Assembly: GCA_950097015.1 (NCBI GenBank)
Contig: CATNEN010000010.1
Coordinates: 3,287,708 to 3,351,707, forward strand
From: Macrostomum hystrix
Lineage: Eukaryota > Animalia > Platyhelminthes
Direction of reading: 5' to 3'
DNA length: 64,000 bases
Part shown: positions 25,601 to 37,800 of the stretch, piece after piece
How the letters are laid out: each line of letters opens with the position of its first letter
Numbering within the stretch: position 1 is the stretch's first letter
Notes under the pieces: generated by a model
Seen by the model: only the letters and a program-made list of their open reading frames with translations
The model's database searches: none
What the model was told of the DNA's origin: nothing
Position numbers and translations under genes: made by a program

Positions 25601-27878
25601 GCTGGAGCGACTGGAACGAGAACGGCTTGACCAGGAACGGCTTGAACAGAAACGGCTTGAACAAGAACGCCTTGAGCAGGAACGCCTTGAGCAGGAACGC
25701 CTTGAGCAGGAACGGATTGACAAGGAACGGATTGAGCAGGAACGCCTTGAGCAGCAACGCCTTGAGCAGCAACGCCTTAAACAAGAACGGATTGAGCAGG
25801 AACGCCTTGAGCAGCAACGCCTTAAACAAGAACGGATTGAGCAGGAACGGCTTGAACAAGAACGGATTGAGCAACAACGCATAGAACGGGAACGCCTTGA
25901 GCAGGAGCGGCTTGAGCAGGAACGGCTTGAGCAGGAACGGCTTGAGCAGGCGCGACTTGAACAGGAACGTTTTGAGCTGGAGCGAATTGAACAGGAACGA
26001 CTTGAGCAGGAGAGACTCGAGCAGGAGCAACTTGAGCAGCAGAAAAGGGATCAAGTAAGGCTGGAGCTTCAGCGTCAATCTGAGAGCCTTGCCGCCTGCC
26101 GCATCCAACGTGCCTGGCGTGGCTTAGTTGCCAGGCGACTCAGACGCCAGCAATCGGAGCAGGAGCAGCGTAGTCGGGCGGCCACGACTCTGCAGGCGGC
26201 CTTCCGCGGCTGGCGAGTTCGCGCCCGCTGCCAGGTGGCCGCCATGCCGCAGTTGCGTCGTCGAATCTCTGCGGCTTACGCCGACGCCTGTCGCTACCCG
26301 GAACGGCGCCTCCTGGCGCGCGCTCGATCGGCGCTCCGTTTCGCGCGCCAGCAACCGCCAGCGGCTGTGGCCCAGCAGCTGGCCGACCTGCGCGCCGGCA
26401 CTAGCCACTCCGCCAAGCTGTGCGAACTGCTCTGCAGCCAGGTGAGACTGCGGTTGTCTTTGGGGAGAAAAGCTTATTTAATTGAAAACGTGCAAGCCTA
26501 TAAAAGCTATTCACTACCGCAAACCAATCTGCGCAGGCTGGCGCAGTCTCCGCCCTGTTCGCACTGATGGCCGGCTGCAACCGGAGCCTGCCGCACCAGT
26601 ACATTGTGCTGCACAGTGTGCAGGTGCTACACAATCTCATTCGGCACTCGGCCACCGCCGCCAGCGTGGCCAAAGAGTGTCCGGCCAATGCTGGCGACGT
26701 CTTGACCGACGCTTTGGTGTCCGGCGCGGTTGTTCGGGCCTCTCCGTTGCAACAGGTGAGCTGGCGTGTTCCTTGACGACTGACCTGTTGACATGTGAGA
26801 GAGGCAAATGAGCAGTGTGAGACAGTCAAGGGATAAGGTGAGACAGAAATAGGATAAGGTGAGACAGTCAAGGGATAAGTGAGACAGAAATAGGATAAGG
26901 TGAGACAGAAATAGGATAAGGTGAGACAGAAATTGGATAAGGTGAGACAGAAATTGGATAAGTTGAGACAGAAATTTGATAAGGTGAGACAGAAATTGGA
27001 TAAGGTGAGACAGAAATAGGATAAGGTGAGACAGAAATTGGATAAGGTGAGACAGAAATAGGATAAGGTGAGACAGAAATAGGATAAGGTGAGACAGTCA
27101 AGGGATAAGTGAGACAGAAATAGGATAAGGTGAGACAGAAATAGGATAAGGTGAGACAGAAATTGGATAAGGTGAGACAGAAATTGGATAAGGTGAGACA
27201 GAAATTGGATAAGGTGAGACAGAAATTGGATAAGGTGAGACAGAAATAGGATAAGGTGAGACAGAAATTGGATAAGGTGAGACAGAAATAGGATAAGGTG
27301 AGACAGAAATTGGATAAGGTGAGACAGAAATAGGATAAGGTGAGACAGAAATAGGATAAGGTGAGACAGAAATTGGATAAGATGAGACAGAAATAGGATA
27401 AGGTGAGACAGAAATTGGATAAGGTGAGACAGAAATAGGATAAGGTGAGACAGAAATTGGATAAGGTGAGACAGAAATAGGATAAGGTGAGACAGAAATA
27501 GGATAAGGTGAGACAGTCAAGGGATAAGGTGAGGCAGGAAGGCAGGATATTGTGATGGGACAGACAAGCCTAACTCCCCTCGCCCACCCCGCCACGCCGC
27601 TGAAGGAGCTGGTGAAGGCCTGCGCCGGCCTGCTGGCTTCGCTGGTGTCCAGCGGCTTCGCCCTGTCCCGCCGGGCCACGGTCCGCCTGCGGGAGACCCG
27701 AGACGCCCTCCTGAGGCGGGCCGGCCTGGAGGAGAGCCGCCTGGTCAGCCAGTTAAAGGCCTCGGGCGCCCTGCTGGTTCGCGTGGAGCCGGACTGGGTG
27801 ATGAAACGGTCAGCCAACCAGCACATGGCCAGCCCCATCACTGCCGTTACCTACCTGTGCGAGCTGCTGCACCACTGA
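19615..27878 (+). CDS. ASPM: Abnormal spindle-like microcephaly-associated protein (ASPM/Asp) orthologue, ~1735 aa
   Basis: Exons 19615-20865, 21277-21558, 22644-22960, 23066-23499, 24010-26441, 26537-26755, 27606-27878; GT-AG introns, phases consistent, total 5208 nt. ASH domain ([15 protein letters not shown]), YDERWREKQ|[16 protein letters not shown] domain ([35 protein letters not shown]), second degenerate CH, IQ motifs, CNRSLP HEAT/Arm region, C-terminal EPDWV..PITAV. The last acceptor (AAG at 27603-27605) is the least certain. Confidence 0.92.
21640..22560. repeat. 25-bp intronic minisatellite (GATCCCACATTTCCGGATTCTGTCT)n, ASPM intron 2
   Basis: Direct reading; period 25 (21910, 21935, 21960). 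Confidence 0.95.
23590..23881. repeat. 7/14-bp intronic repeat (GGATCTG GGATCTA)n, ASPM intron 4
   Basis: Direct reading. Confidence 0.93.
25078..26043 (+). repeat. Coding 15-bp/pentapeptide repeat (LEQER)n, ~65 units, inside ASPM exon 5
   Basis: In frame with flanking IQ motifs, no stops, extensive synonymous codon variation between units. Confidence 0.85.
26815..27535. repeat. 21-bp intronic minisatellite (GAGACAGAAATAGGATAAGGT)n, ASPM intron 6
   Basis: Direct reading; most units contain AAG|GTGAGA. Confidence 0.95.
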
Positions 27879-27949
27879 CTCTAGATCCTCACTTTCTCAT
27901 GCATGTTTCCATCACTCTAATTTCTCATTTTTTTGTCTGCTTTCCTTGC

Positions 27950-29348
27950 ACCCTTCTCATTTCCTCACATTTCTCATGTCTCTGTCAACCATCTCTCATT
28001 TCCTCACATTTCTCATGTCTCTGTCAACCATCTCTCATTTCCTCACGTTTCTCATGTCTCTGTCAACCATCTCTCATTTCCTCACGTTTCTCATGTCTCT
28101 GTCAACCATCTCTCATTTCCTCACGTTTCTCATGTCTCTGTCAACCATCTCTCATTTCCTCACGTTTCTCATGTCTCTGTCAACCATCTCTCATTTCCTC
28201 ACGTTTCTCATGTCTCTGTCAACCATCTCTCATTTCCTCACGTTTCTCATGTCTCTGTCAACCTTGTCTCATTTCCTCCCGTTTCTCATGTCTCTGTCAA
28301 CCTTGTCTCATTTCCTTACGTTTATCATGTCTCTGTCAATCTTGTCTCATTTCCTCACGTTTCTCATGTCTCTGTCAATCTTCTCTCATTTCCTCACGTT
28401 TATCATGTCTCTGTCAACCATCTCTCATTTCCTCACGTTTCTCATGTCTCTGTCAATCTTCTCTCATTTCCTCACGTTTCTCATGTCTCTGTCAATCTTC
28501 TCTCATTTCCTCACGTTTATCATGTCTCTGTCAACCATCTCTCATTTCCTCACGTTTCTCATGTCTCTGTCAACCATCTCTCATTTCCTCACGTTTCTCA
28601 TGTCTCTGTCAACCATCTCTCATTTCCTCACGTTTCTCATGTCTCTGTCAATCTTCTCTCATTTCCTCACGTTTATCATGTCTCTGTCAACCATCTCTCA
28701 TTTCCTCACGTTTCTCATGTCTCTGTCAACCATCTCTCATTTCCTCACGTTTCTCATGTCTCTGTCAACCTTGTCTCATTTCCTCACGTTTATCATGTCT
28801 CTGTCAATCTTCTCTCATTTCCTCACGTTTCTCATGTCTCTGTCAACCTTGTCTCATTTCCTCACGTTTATCATGTCTCTGTCAATCTTCTCTCATTTCC
28901 TCACGTTTCTCATGTCTCTGTCAACCTTGTCTCATTTCCTCACGTTTATCATGTCTCTGTCAATCTTCTCTCATTTCCTCACGTTTCTCATGTCTCTGTC
29001 AACCTTGTCTCATTTCCTCACGTTTATCATGTCTCTGTCAACCATCTCTCATTTCCTCACGTTTCTCATGTCTCTGTCAACCTTGTCTCATTTCCTCCCG
29101 TTTCTCATGTCTCTGTCAACCTTGTCTCATTTCCTTACGTTTATCATGTCTCTGTCAACCTTGTCTCATTTCCTCACGTTTCTCATGTCTCTGTCAATCT
29201 TCTCTCATTTCCTCACGTTTATCATGTCTCTGTCAACCATCTCTCATTTTCTTCACGTTTCTCATGTCTCTGTCAATCTTCTCTCATTTCCTCACGTTTC
29301 TCATGTCTCTGTCAACCATCTCTCATTTCCTCACGTTTCTCATGTCTC
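27950..29348. repeat. 39-bp pyrimidine-rich minisatellite (CTCATGTCTCTGTCAACCATCTCTCATTTCCTCACGTTT)n
   Basis: 13-aa periodicity in three spurious ORFs; begins ~70 bp after the ASPM stop. Confidence 0.96.
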
Positions 29349-30296
29349 GTGTGTCTTTTGCATATAATTTATCGCAGTCCGTGTTACAATCTATTACTCT
29401 CTGTGAGTCTGTACTCAGGCGAAATTGGCTCTGATGTCTAAACAAATTATTTCTGACATTCGCGCATGCCAAACAACCCGTGTCTTTTTAATGATATATT
29501 TACACAATTTACATTTGCAATCATTTTAGTACAAATGCAAATTCTGGCAGCGCAATTCTCTATTAATTTTAGTGTCGATCCGCCTATTTAATTTTCTCAG
29601 CTGTGCAAGTTTTGTCCATTTTTCATTTTTTTAGAGAATTTTTGCGTTGAGCATCTGCGCGATTGATTAGAGCAGGCGCTGACTATGAAGATGCCGAAGC
29701 ATTTAAACCGTTGGATTTAGGTATAGTTACTCACGCCGTTTACTCGCAAGCGACACTAGCGGTAAATTCTTGGCTAGCGAGGCATTTTTAAGGCATGGTT
29801 GTACTAACTTTCGCGCAGCTGCTCAGAACATAATAAAAGCCCACACAGCTATTTGTTTATTTTGCTACTTTTTTTCGCGCTGCTTAATACCATTTATAAT
29901 CATTCATATTTTCCGTATTAAATATTCTGCCATTCAGTAATGGTCAGGAATCCTATTTTTAGGGGCTATTTTGCTATACATACTACTCGCAATTTATTTC
30001 TAGCTACGATTGCATTCAATTAGTACGGTGTGCAATTTATTCTATTTCTACATTTAGTCTGGCATTTTCTGCTTATCTACGTCGGCGAGAGCTTAAGAAA
30101 ATGTTGCTTTGATCTTACTGATCTGCTGTAAGCATTTTCGTTCTTATTAATTATGTCAATTATACACACTGACTTACTGTGAGTAGCAGTGTGAGTCTGT
30201 GACTTATTAACAATTACCAAATTGAAAAAAAATGGGTACTGATTTTTATAAAAATAATATTTCATATGTAGCTGGAATCGTAAAAGCCAAAGGTTG

Positions 30297-31250
30297 TAGT
30301 CGAAGCAGGATCTGCCAATAGAATCGAAGCAGGATCTGTCAATGGAATCGAAGCAGGATCTGCCAATAGAATCGAAGCAGAATCTGCCAATAGAATCGAA
30401 GCAGGATCTGTCAATGGAATCGAAGCAGGATCTGTCAATAGAATCGAAGCAGGATCTGTCAATTGAATCGAAGCAGGATCTGTCAATAGAATCGAAGCAG
30501 GATCTGTCAATTGAATCGAAGCAGGATCTGCCAATTGAATCGAAGCAGGATCTGTCAATTGAATCGAAGCAGGATCTGTCAATGGAATCTAAGCAAAATC
30601 TGCCAATAGAATCGAAGCAAAATCTGCCAATAGAATCGAAGCAAAATCTGCCAATAGAATCGAAGCAGGATCTGCCAATAGAATCGAAGCAGGATCTGCC
30701 AATAGAATCGAAGCAGAATCTGCCAATAGAATCGAAGCAAAATCTGTCAATTGAATCGAAGCAGGATCTGCCAATTGAATCGAGGCAGGATCTGTCAATG
30801 GAATCGAAGCAGGATCTGCCAATAGAATCGAAGCAGAATCTGCCAATTGAATCGAAGCAGGATCTGTCAATGGAATCTAAGCAAAATCTGCCAATAGAAT
30901 CGAAGCAAAATCTGCCAATAGAATCGAAGCAAAATCTGCCAATAGAATCGAAGCAGGATCTGCCAATAGAATCGAAGCAGAATCTGCCAATAGAATCGAA
31001 GCAGGATCTGTCAATGGAATCGAAGCAGGATCTGTCAATAGAATCGAAGCAGGATCTGTCAATAGAATCGAAGCAGGATCTGTCAATTGAATCGAAGCAG
31101 GATCTGCCAATAGAATCGAAGCAAAATCTGCCAATAGAATCGAAGCAGGATCTGCCAATAGAATCGAAGCAGGATCTGTCAATAGAATCGAAGCAGGGTC
31201 TGTCAATAGAATCGCAGCAGGGTCTGTCAATGGAATCGCAGCAAGATGAC
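30297..31250. repeat. 24-bp minisatellite (AATAGAATCGAAGCAGGATCTGCC)n
   Basis: 8-aa periodicity in ORFs 30077-31264 and 30342-31343. Confidence 0.95.
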
Positions 31251-31866
31251 CAATCGAATCGCATCAGGAACTGTATAGTTAGAATTTTTCTTGTGAGTCG
31301 TAGAATTTTTCGCGGCAGGAATCGCGCTAGAAAAAAAACTTAACACGAAACAACATTTTCGTTATTGTGACTCTTGTCAGTGGAGGTGAGTGCATCTCAA
31401 ATCCTCCAATCTAAATTTATTCGTTATTATATTTTTGTAAATTAAAATCTACGCGCTCTACAGCACATCGAGAGTTTTAGGCCAGTATTAAACTAGACGC
31501 GCTCGCTACTACTCACCAGCAGTAGTGTGTTCAGAGTTTTTGATAGTGACAATTTTTATACAACAAAGTAAATACGAGTAAAAGTATTAAAGCATAAAAC
31601 TGCACCACATAGTCACAAATATATAGTTTCTAAAACATTGATCAAAATATTTTGATGGACGGATATCTCAGCAGTTTTGTAGTGGCGCACCCTTCATGCT
31701 ACTCAGTAAGAAGTAGAACCGCGCGTAAAAATAAGCATAATTCTAAGAATATAAAATATGGCTTAATTGGAATCATTAGAATCAGGAAATATTTTCAGTT
31801 TCTGAGTCCTGCACAAAAAGCAAATAGCGTTTGCTCGGCTGTTCTGTTCGGGTCGTGCATCTCTGC

Positions 31867-34800
31867 TCAAGTCAGCAGCTCCGGCTTCTTCTCCTCTGGC
31901 GGCGGTGGCGCACGAGCCTCCTCCAGCTCCTTCTTCAGCGCTTCGAGCTGCAATGAGTATAATGAGCATAGTTAGCATTGTTTGATATTATGTACTCAAG
32001 GATGATTAGAGTGAACTCAAATACCGGTTAGAGTGAACTCAAATACCGGTTAGAGTGGACTCGAATGCTGGTTAGAGTGAACTCAAATACCGGTTAGAGT
32101 GAACCCTCAAATTCTGGTGAACTCAAATTCTGGTTAGAGTGAACTCAAATGCTGATTAGAGTGACCTCAAATGCTGCTTAGAGTGAACTATTAGATGTGA
32201 AAATATAACTGAAATATTAGGAGTGGAAAGTGAGTACATTGCTCAAATTTGAGTAGGCTAAGATGAGGGGAATGCTGACCTTGGCTGCCAGAATCGCCTC
32301 GCGCTCCTTCGACGCCTGCAGTTCCAGCTCGGCTGTCACCTGCCTGTCCTCCGCCTCCGTGGCTCGCAGCTCGGCCTCCCTGAGCTGGCCTTGCAGCTGC
32401 TGCACGGCGCCGAGGGCTTCGAAGGCTCGGCCGGCGTCAGGAGTCTGTGCTCGGACGCCCGGCTCCATGACGACGACGTCCTGCGGAGGCGATTCCGGCG
32501 ACTGCGACAGGCTGCGCGAGTGCACATTAAGGTCCGGTCCAATGGCCTGCACGGTTTCATCCAGCGGCTCCTCCTGCTGCTGCTGTTGCTGCTGGGGAAG
32601 TGGAGTCTCCGGTGCATCTGGCTCCACTGCCTCTGCTGCTTCTGGGGAAGCGAACTCAACTTTTTGCTGCTTCTGCTGCCTGAAATCGAGGTAATTGATT
32701 GCTCAACTTGTATAATTACTAAGTTTGGACTTAAAAACTCGTGACACTCAAGTCCAACTCCACGCAAGCCAGGTGTCTTAAAAGAGCTTGTTTACCCGTC
32801 AGCAGCCTGCTCAGCTGGCTCGGCTGCCTGACTGGCGTCCGACGTTTCGAATCGCCGACCCTGCAGAGCCAGCAGTGAGTCCTCGATCGGCATCGTCGGC
32901 TGCGTCGCCTGGCTACTTTGCGTCGGCTGGCGCGGATCCCGTGTCAGGTTGGCCACGAGAGTGGGATCCGGGATCATGTGGTAGGGAAAGCCCAGATCCT
33001 CCAGGATGCAGGTGGCCGCGTGGCACCAGTCGCGGGCCTCACTCTGCGGATGATCGAGTCGATCGAATGGGGGAGAGAGTTAGATAGGCACAATGTGGTT
33101 GGCGGAGTGGGCTTTGCGGAGTGGGGTTGGCGAAGTGAGGCTGGCGGAGTGGGGTTTGGCTAAGTGCGGTTGGCGGAGTGGGGCTGGCGGAGTGCATGGG
33201 GTTGGTGGAGTGCGGGGCTGGCGGAGTGGGGTTTGGCTAAGTGCGGTTGGCGGAGTGGGGCTGGCGGAGTGCATGGGGTTGGTGGAGTGCGGGGCTGGCG
33301 GAGTGGGGTCGAAGAAGTGCGGTTGGCGGAGTGGGGTTGTTGGTGGGTATGGCGGAGTGAGATTGGCAGAGATTGAGAGTCGGGTAGTGGGGCTGGGGTT
33401 GTGTGATGGGCAGGGTTGGCGGGGTGGGGTTGGCGGAGTGGGGTTGTTAAAGAAGGCTGAAAATCCGGAAGTTTTAACAAAGCTGTGAACCAAGGCGTAG
33501 TTCTGGTTTGGCATTCTAAAAATGTAATGAACTAGATAGACGTGGATCTGTGAATTGTTGTGTAGGGCATCTAAGCGGGTTTGAATCGGACTGTGGGCAC
33601 AGAGAAAATAGGCAGTGCACATTTGAGCAACACTGATAGCAGAAATAGTTTATAAGTGCTGTGACTGTGGCTGTGAATACATTAACATCGCAGTGCAATA
33701 TATAAATAGACTGCGCATAGCCAAGAAAGTTTATGCAGGTTGTGAAAATACAGAATAAAGCAGTTTAGCCGAACTTCAAAAGTTTTCTCTGGAGCGACTC
33801 GGTATTGTTCATACTTATGAATCTTTCAGATTTAGAAATTCGACTTTAAAAAATGTAATAATGCGACTGTTGTGACTTGTTGCTTACAATGTGCCACGAT
33901 AATATCACAGTTCCAGATATTCTTAGAAATAGGTGACTGAGTGATTAATATCAATTGATGGAGCACTCGAGCTAACCTTGCTTGAAACCTGCGCATTGGA
34001 AGCTAAAGTTGAATGACCTGGAACAGGAGCGCAAAGCGATAAGAAAAACATTTTCCACGGAAGACGCACAACTTAGTGACAGGAGAACAACAGGGAAGCA
34101 CTCGAACCAGCGAGTGAGTCTGTAAGCGGTTGAGAACCTTTTGGCCCTATATATTAACATTTAAAGGAATTCGAATTCTACTATGTCAAATTATAACAGA
34201 ATATAGTCGCTCTAACCTATGAGCAGTTTAAGTCTATTCATTCGAAGCCCTTAAATAACTACTTTTCATTCTTAACAAACTTTTCAAATCGTCGTTTTGG
34301 ATTTTTGGCGCGATTTCAAACTTTGCTTACGACGCAAGTTGGTCCCAATAAGCAAAAAATCCGGAAATTCTAGGAAACAGAAAGCACACTCGAATATCGC
34401 ACCGTAAACTGACTTTCACTTTGATTGTCTGAGGCTGATTATCCTCTGAAAATTTTTTTTCCGCTTGACGATGCGATGACGATGCGATGACAGATCGCTT
34501 TAAGGTATCTTGCTTTGAGAAGCCATTTCTTTGAAAACAAGAAAGTGAGGCACAGAGACAAATAAAATAGTTGTACAGTCTCGGAGTGCACGCCAGTTGC
34601 GGCACTGTTCAAACGGGTGCAGGAACTCAAAACAGGAAACTAAAATCAAATAAAAATTGTGGCTACGTTAAACAGAAATTTGAAAATATCTAATAAGATG
34701 ATGGAGATGTTGCATTTTTGTTTGTCTCTGCATTCAAGTTTTACCGGAATTTTGTTGGCCACGGACTGCAGCTCCCTAATTCGCTCCTCATCCCGCTGTG

Positions 34801-37800
34801 GCTGCCAGCGGCAAAGATCAAAAAATTGTTGGAATACGAGCATAATAAGGTGTTTTCGTGTTTCTTTTGAAACTAAGCAACTTGTTGTAGACCGTTTACT
34901 AAAACAAAAAGCGACGTGAATTCAGATATTTCCACTGTCGGCAGGGCAATGCGATGTTGATGTTCTTAAGTTCGGATGTAATTTGAGGAACAAATACATA
35001 AGCCAGACATGCATTACAATCAGATACTGCTTGGCTCAATGTTCTCACTCACCTTCATCCTAATGAGCTCAGCCTGCTCGCTATCGAAATCCTCGTCCTT
35101 GACGGCCATTCGCTGCGCCACAATGCCGCTGACAATCACGGAGCAGGAGTCAGCCAAGTACACGGTGAACTTGGTCAGCCACTCGCCCAGCTCTTTGAAC
35201 GAGGCCAGCAGTTCCTCCGGAGTGGCCGAGGCCATCAGGGCAGCCTGGTGAGCCTCCTGGCTGTTGCCGGGATAATCAGGGGCCAGGCGCAGCAGCGACT
35301 GGATCATCCAGCGAAGCATGCCTGTGTGCAGCTGCTTGGCCGACTCCGTCATGCGCGTGTCCTCACTGTCGATGCCGCTGGCCACCTTGTTGGCCCACTT
35401 GCCCACCTCAGTCACCACCATGTTGGGGTCCAGACTGGGCTCTCGCTGATTCGCTGGCAGATCCTCCTTTGCTGTGCTCCCAACCTGGAAGAGATTCGAG
35501 TATGGGAATCAGCTTCGAGTCGCTTTCGATCCTTTATACATCTTTTAACTGAGTTCAGTCACGCGAAGAAAAGCGTTTACTCGTAAAATTGCGTCTCTAA
35601 TGGCGTCTCTAATAGCATCTCTAATAGCGTCTCTAATAGCGTCTCTAATGGCGTCTCTGATAGCGTCTCTAATAGCGTCTCTGATAGCGTCTCTGATAGC
35701 GTCTCTAATGGCGTCTCTTATAGCGTCTCTAATAGCGTCTCTTATAGCGTCTCTAATAGCGTCTCTGATGGTGTCTCTAATAGTGTCTCTAATGGCGTCT
35801 CTAATAGCATCTCTAATAGCGTCTCTAATAGCGTCTCTAATAGCGTCTCTAATAGCGTCTCTGATGGTGTCTCTAATAGCGTCTCTGATGATGTCTCTAA
35901 TAGCGTCTCTAATAGCGTCTCTAATAGTGTCTCTAATAGTGTCTCTAATAGCGTCTCTAATGGCGTCTCTGATAGCGTCTCTAATGGCGTCTCTTATAGC
36001 GTCTCTAATGGCGTCTCTAATAGCATCTCTAATAGCGTCTCTAATAGCGTCTCTAATAGCGTCTCTAATAGCGTCTCTGATGGTGTCTCTAATAGCGTCT
36101 CTGATGATGTCTCTAATAGCGTCTCTAATAGCGTCTCTAATAGTGTCTCTAATAGTGTCTCTAATAGCGTCTCTAATGGCGTCTCTGATAGCGTCTCTAA
36201 TGGCGTCTCTTATAGCGTCTCTAATGGCGTCTCTAATAGCGTCTCTTATAGCGTCTCTTATTGCTTCTCTAGTAGCGTCAAAAGAGGCGTCGCTCTAAAA
36301 ATTTGCATCAACTTTTTGTTATGGGTGAACACCTCCTTCGGCAAGGTGAGGGAGTGAGAAAAAGCGCTAAAAATAGCCCTTCATGACTCATTCGAGAGCC
36401 AAAAAAAACTCACTCATTGGAGAGCCAAAAAACTCACTCATTCGATTGATGCTAAAAATAGAAACAAACGTTATATACAGTGGGCAACAACCTCACTCCC
36501 AGGATGATGCTAAAAATAGCAGCCGGTGACTCACAGCCGCAATAGTCTCGTCAATGATAGCCAGCCAATCCTCGATCAGGGTGTAGAAGCGAGTCCACTC
36601 CTGCTCGGGCAGCAGCTTGCCAGTGTTGAGCACCGACTGCAGCCGAGTCGTCCAGGTCTCCAGGATGTTCTGCAGATTGATGACGCCCCTGGCGACGCCA
36701 TTCTCTCCAATCAGGCGGATGTTCATCTGGCGCATCAGTTTTTCCACTAGAGAGGATACAGCGCTCATCGTTTTCTTCTCCGGAAACTCGGCGCCATCCT
36801 CTGCGCGATGCCGGGCGAACAGCGTGACGCAGGCGTCGTTCCAGGTGAGCATCAGGCGGCGCATGGAGGCCATGTTCTCCTGCAGGTCCAGCATGATGTC
36901 GCCGCCGAATGAGTTGGCCTCCTTGTTGAGCACGGCTTCCAGTTCGCGCAGGCGAGCGAGGATCTGGGCGGTGTTCTCCGCGGTCAAGAGGCCTTTTAGA
37001 CGGGCGGGAGCTTCGCTGAAAGATTTTTGGGCGGGAAAGTAGCCATGGTGAGGAGCGAAGCAAAATATAAAAGTACACGTGCTTAGGAGCAGTGCTTAAA
37101 TCAATTCACAAAGCACGCGTGCAAAAGTACAAGAGGCAAGCAAAATGGCAAAAACTTTGCAGAAAGCAACGGGTGCCTGGTCAGTTAAAAAAAAGTCGAA
37201 AATCAGACAAGCACTTGAAAACTAGTTCATTTTTAACATTTTTTCACATTTTCAAATGCGGTTAATTTCATGGCACGCGAAAATCAGGATTTACCGAATG
37301 TCATCAACGCTGCAAAATGGAGATCAATGGGCGAATTGCTTGGTACTTCATTCGCTTAAAATAAGTGATTGTACTTTAAGAAGGAATTGGCACCCTGGAA
37401 CAGCATTTCATGACAGTATGAGCACTCGCAGCCAGCTATGGGGTAATTCTGCTGATTACACTGACTCCCGAGCACACACGCACATACCCTGACTTTCTCA
37501 TCGTCAGGCACTGTACACTCTCATTGTGCCTTGGAGGTTGGCCCTTAAGGACGCAAATTGCACGGCAAGCCCCCCAAGCCTTCTCTCCCTAAAAGAATGT
37601 GGCCTCGCTGCGGAATCGAGCTCAGGGACCTTGGTGCGAGAGGCAAACACGTTAGACTGATCTGGCACTCACCCCCAACGGAAGCTCTAGGGAATTAACA
37701 GCCTTGCCCAAGGACGCAAATTGTCTCCGTGGGCTGCGAATCGAACCGCCGACCTCGATGAAAATTTCGGAGCTCAAACTACTCAGTGACATGCTCCCCA

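Noticed and set aside
25078-26043. Resemblance of LEQER to Plasmodium LSA-1 or the Mena LERER repeat as homology or transfer
   Set aside because: Low-complexity convergence; the flanks are unambiguous ASPM.
25086-26108. Antisense Leu-rich 340-aa ORF and alternative-frame Ser/Arg ORFs
   Set aside because: Shadow frames of the ASPM LEQER repeat.
27857-29441. Three ~500-aa ORFs (Cys/Ser/His-rich)
   Set aside because: All three frames are open only because the 39-bp unit lacks stops; no synonymous-site pattern favours one frame.
37487-37510. CUGACGA-UGA-GAAA-GUC in SINE-A copy 1 (minus strand)
   Set aside because: No stem II or stem I; it is simply the CCTGAC/GTCAGG hairpin, and the GAAA is absent from the other copy.
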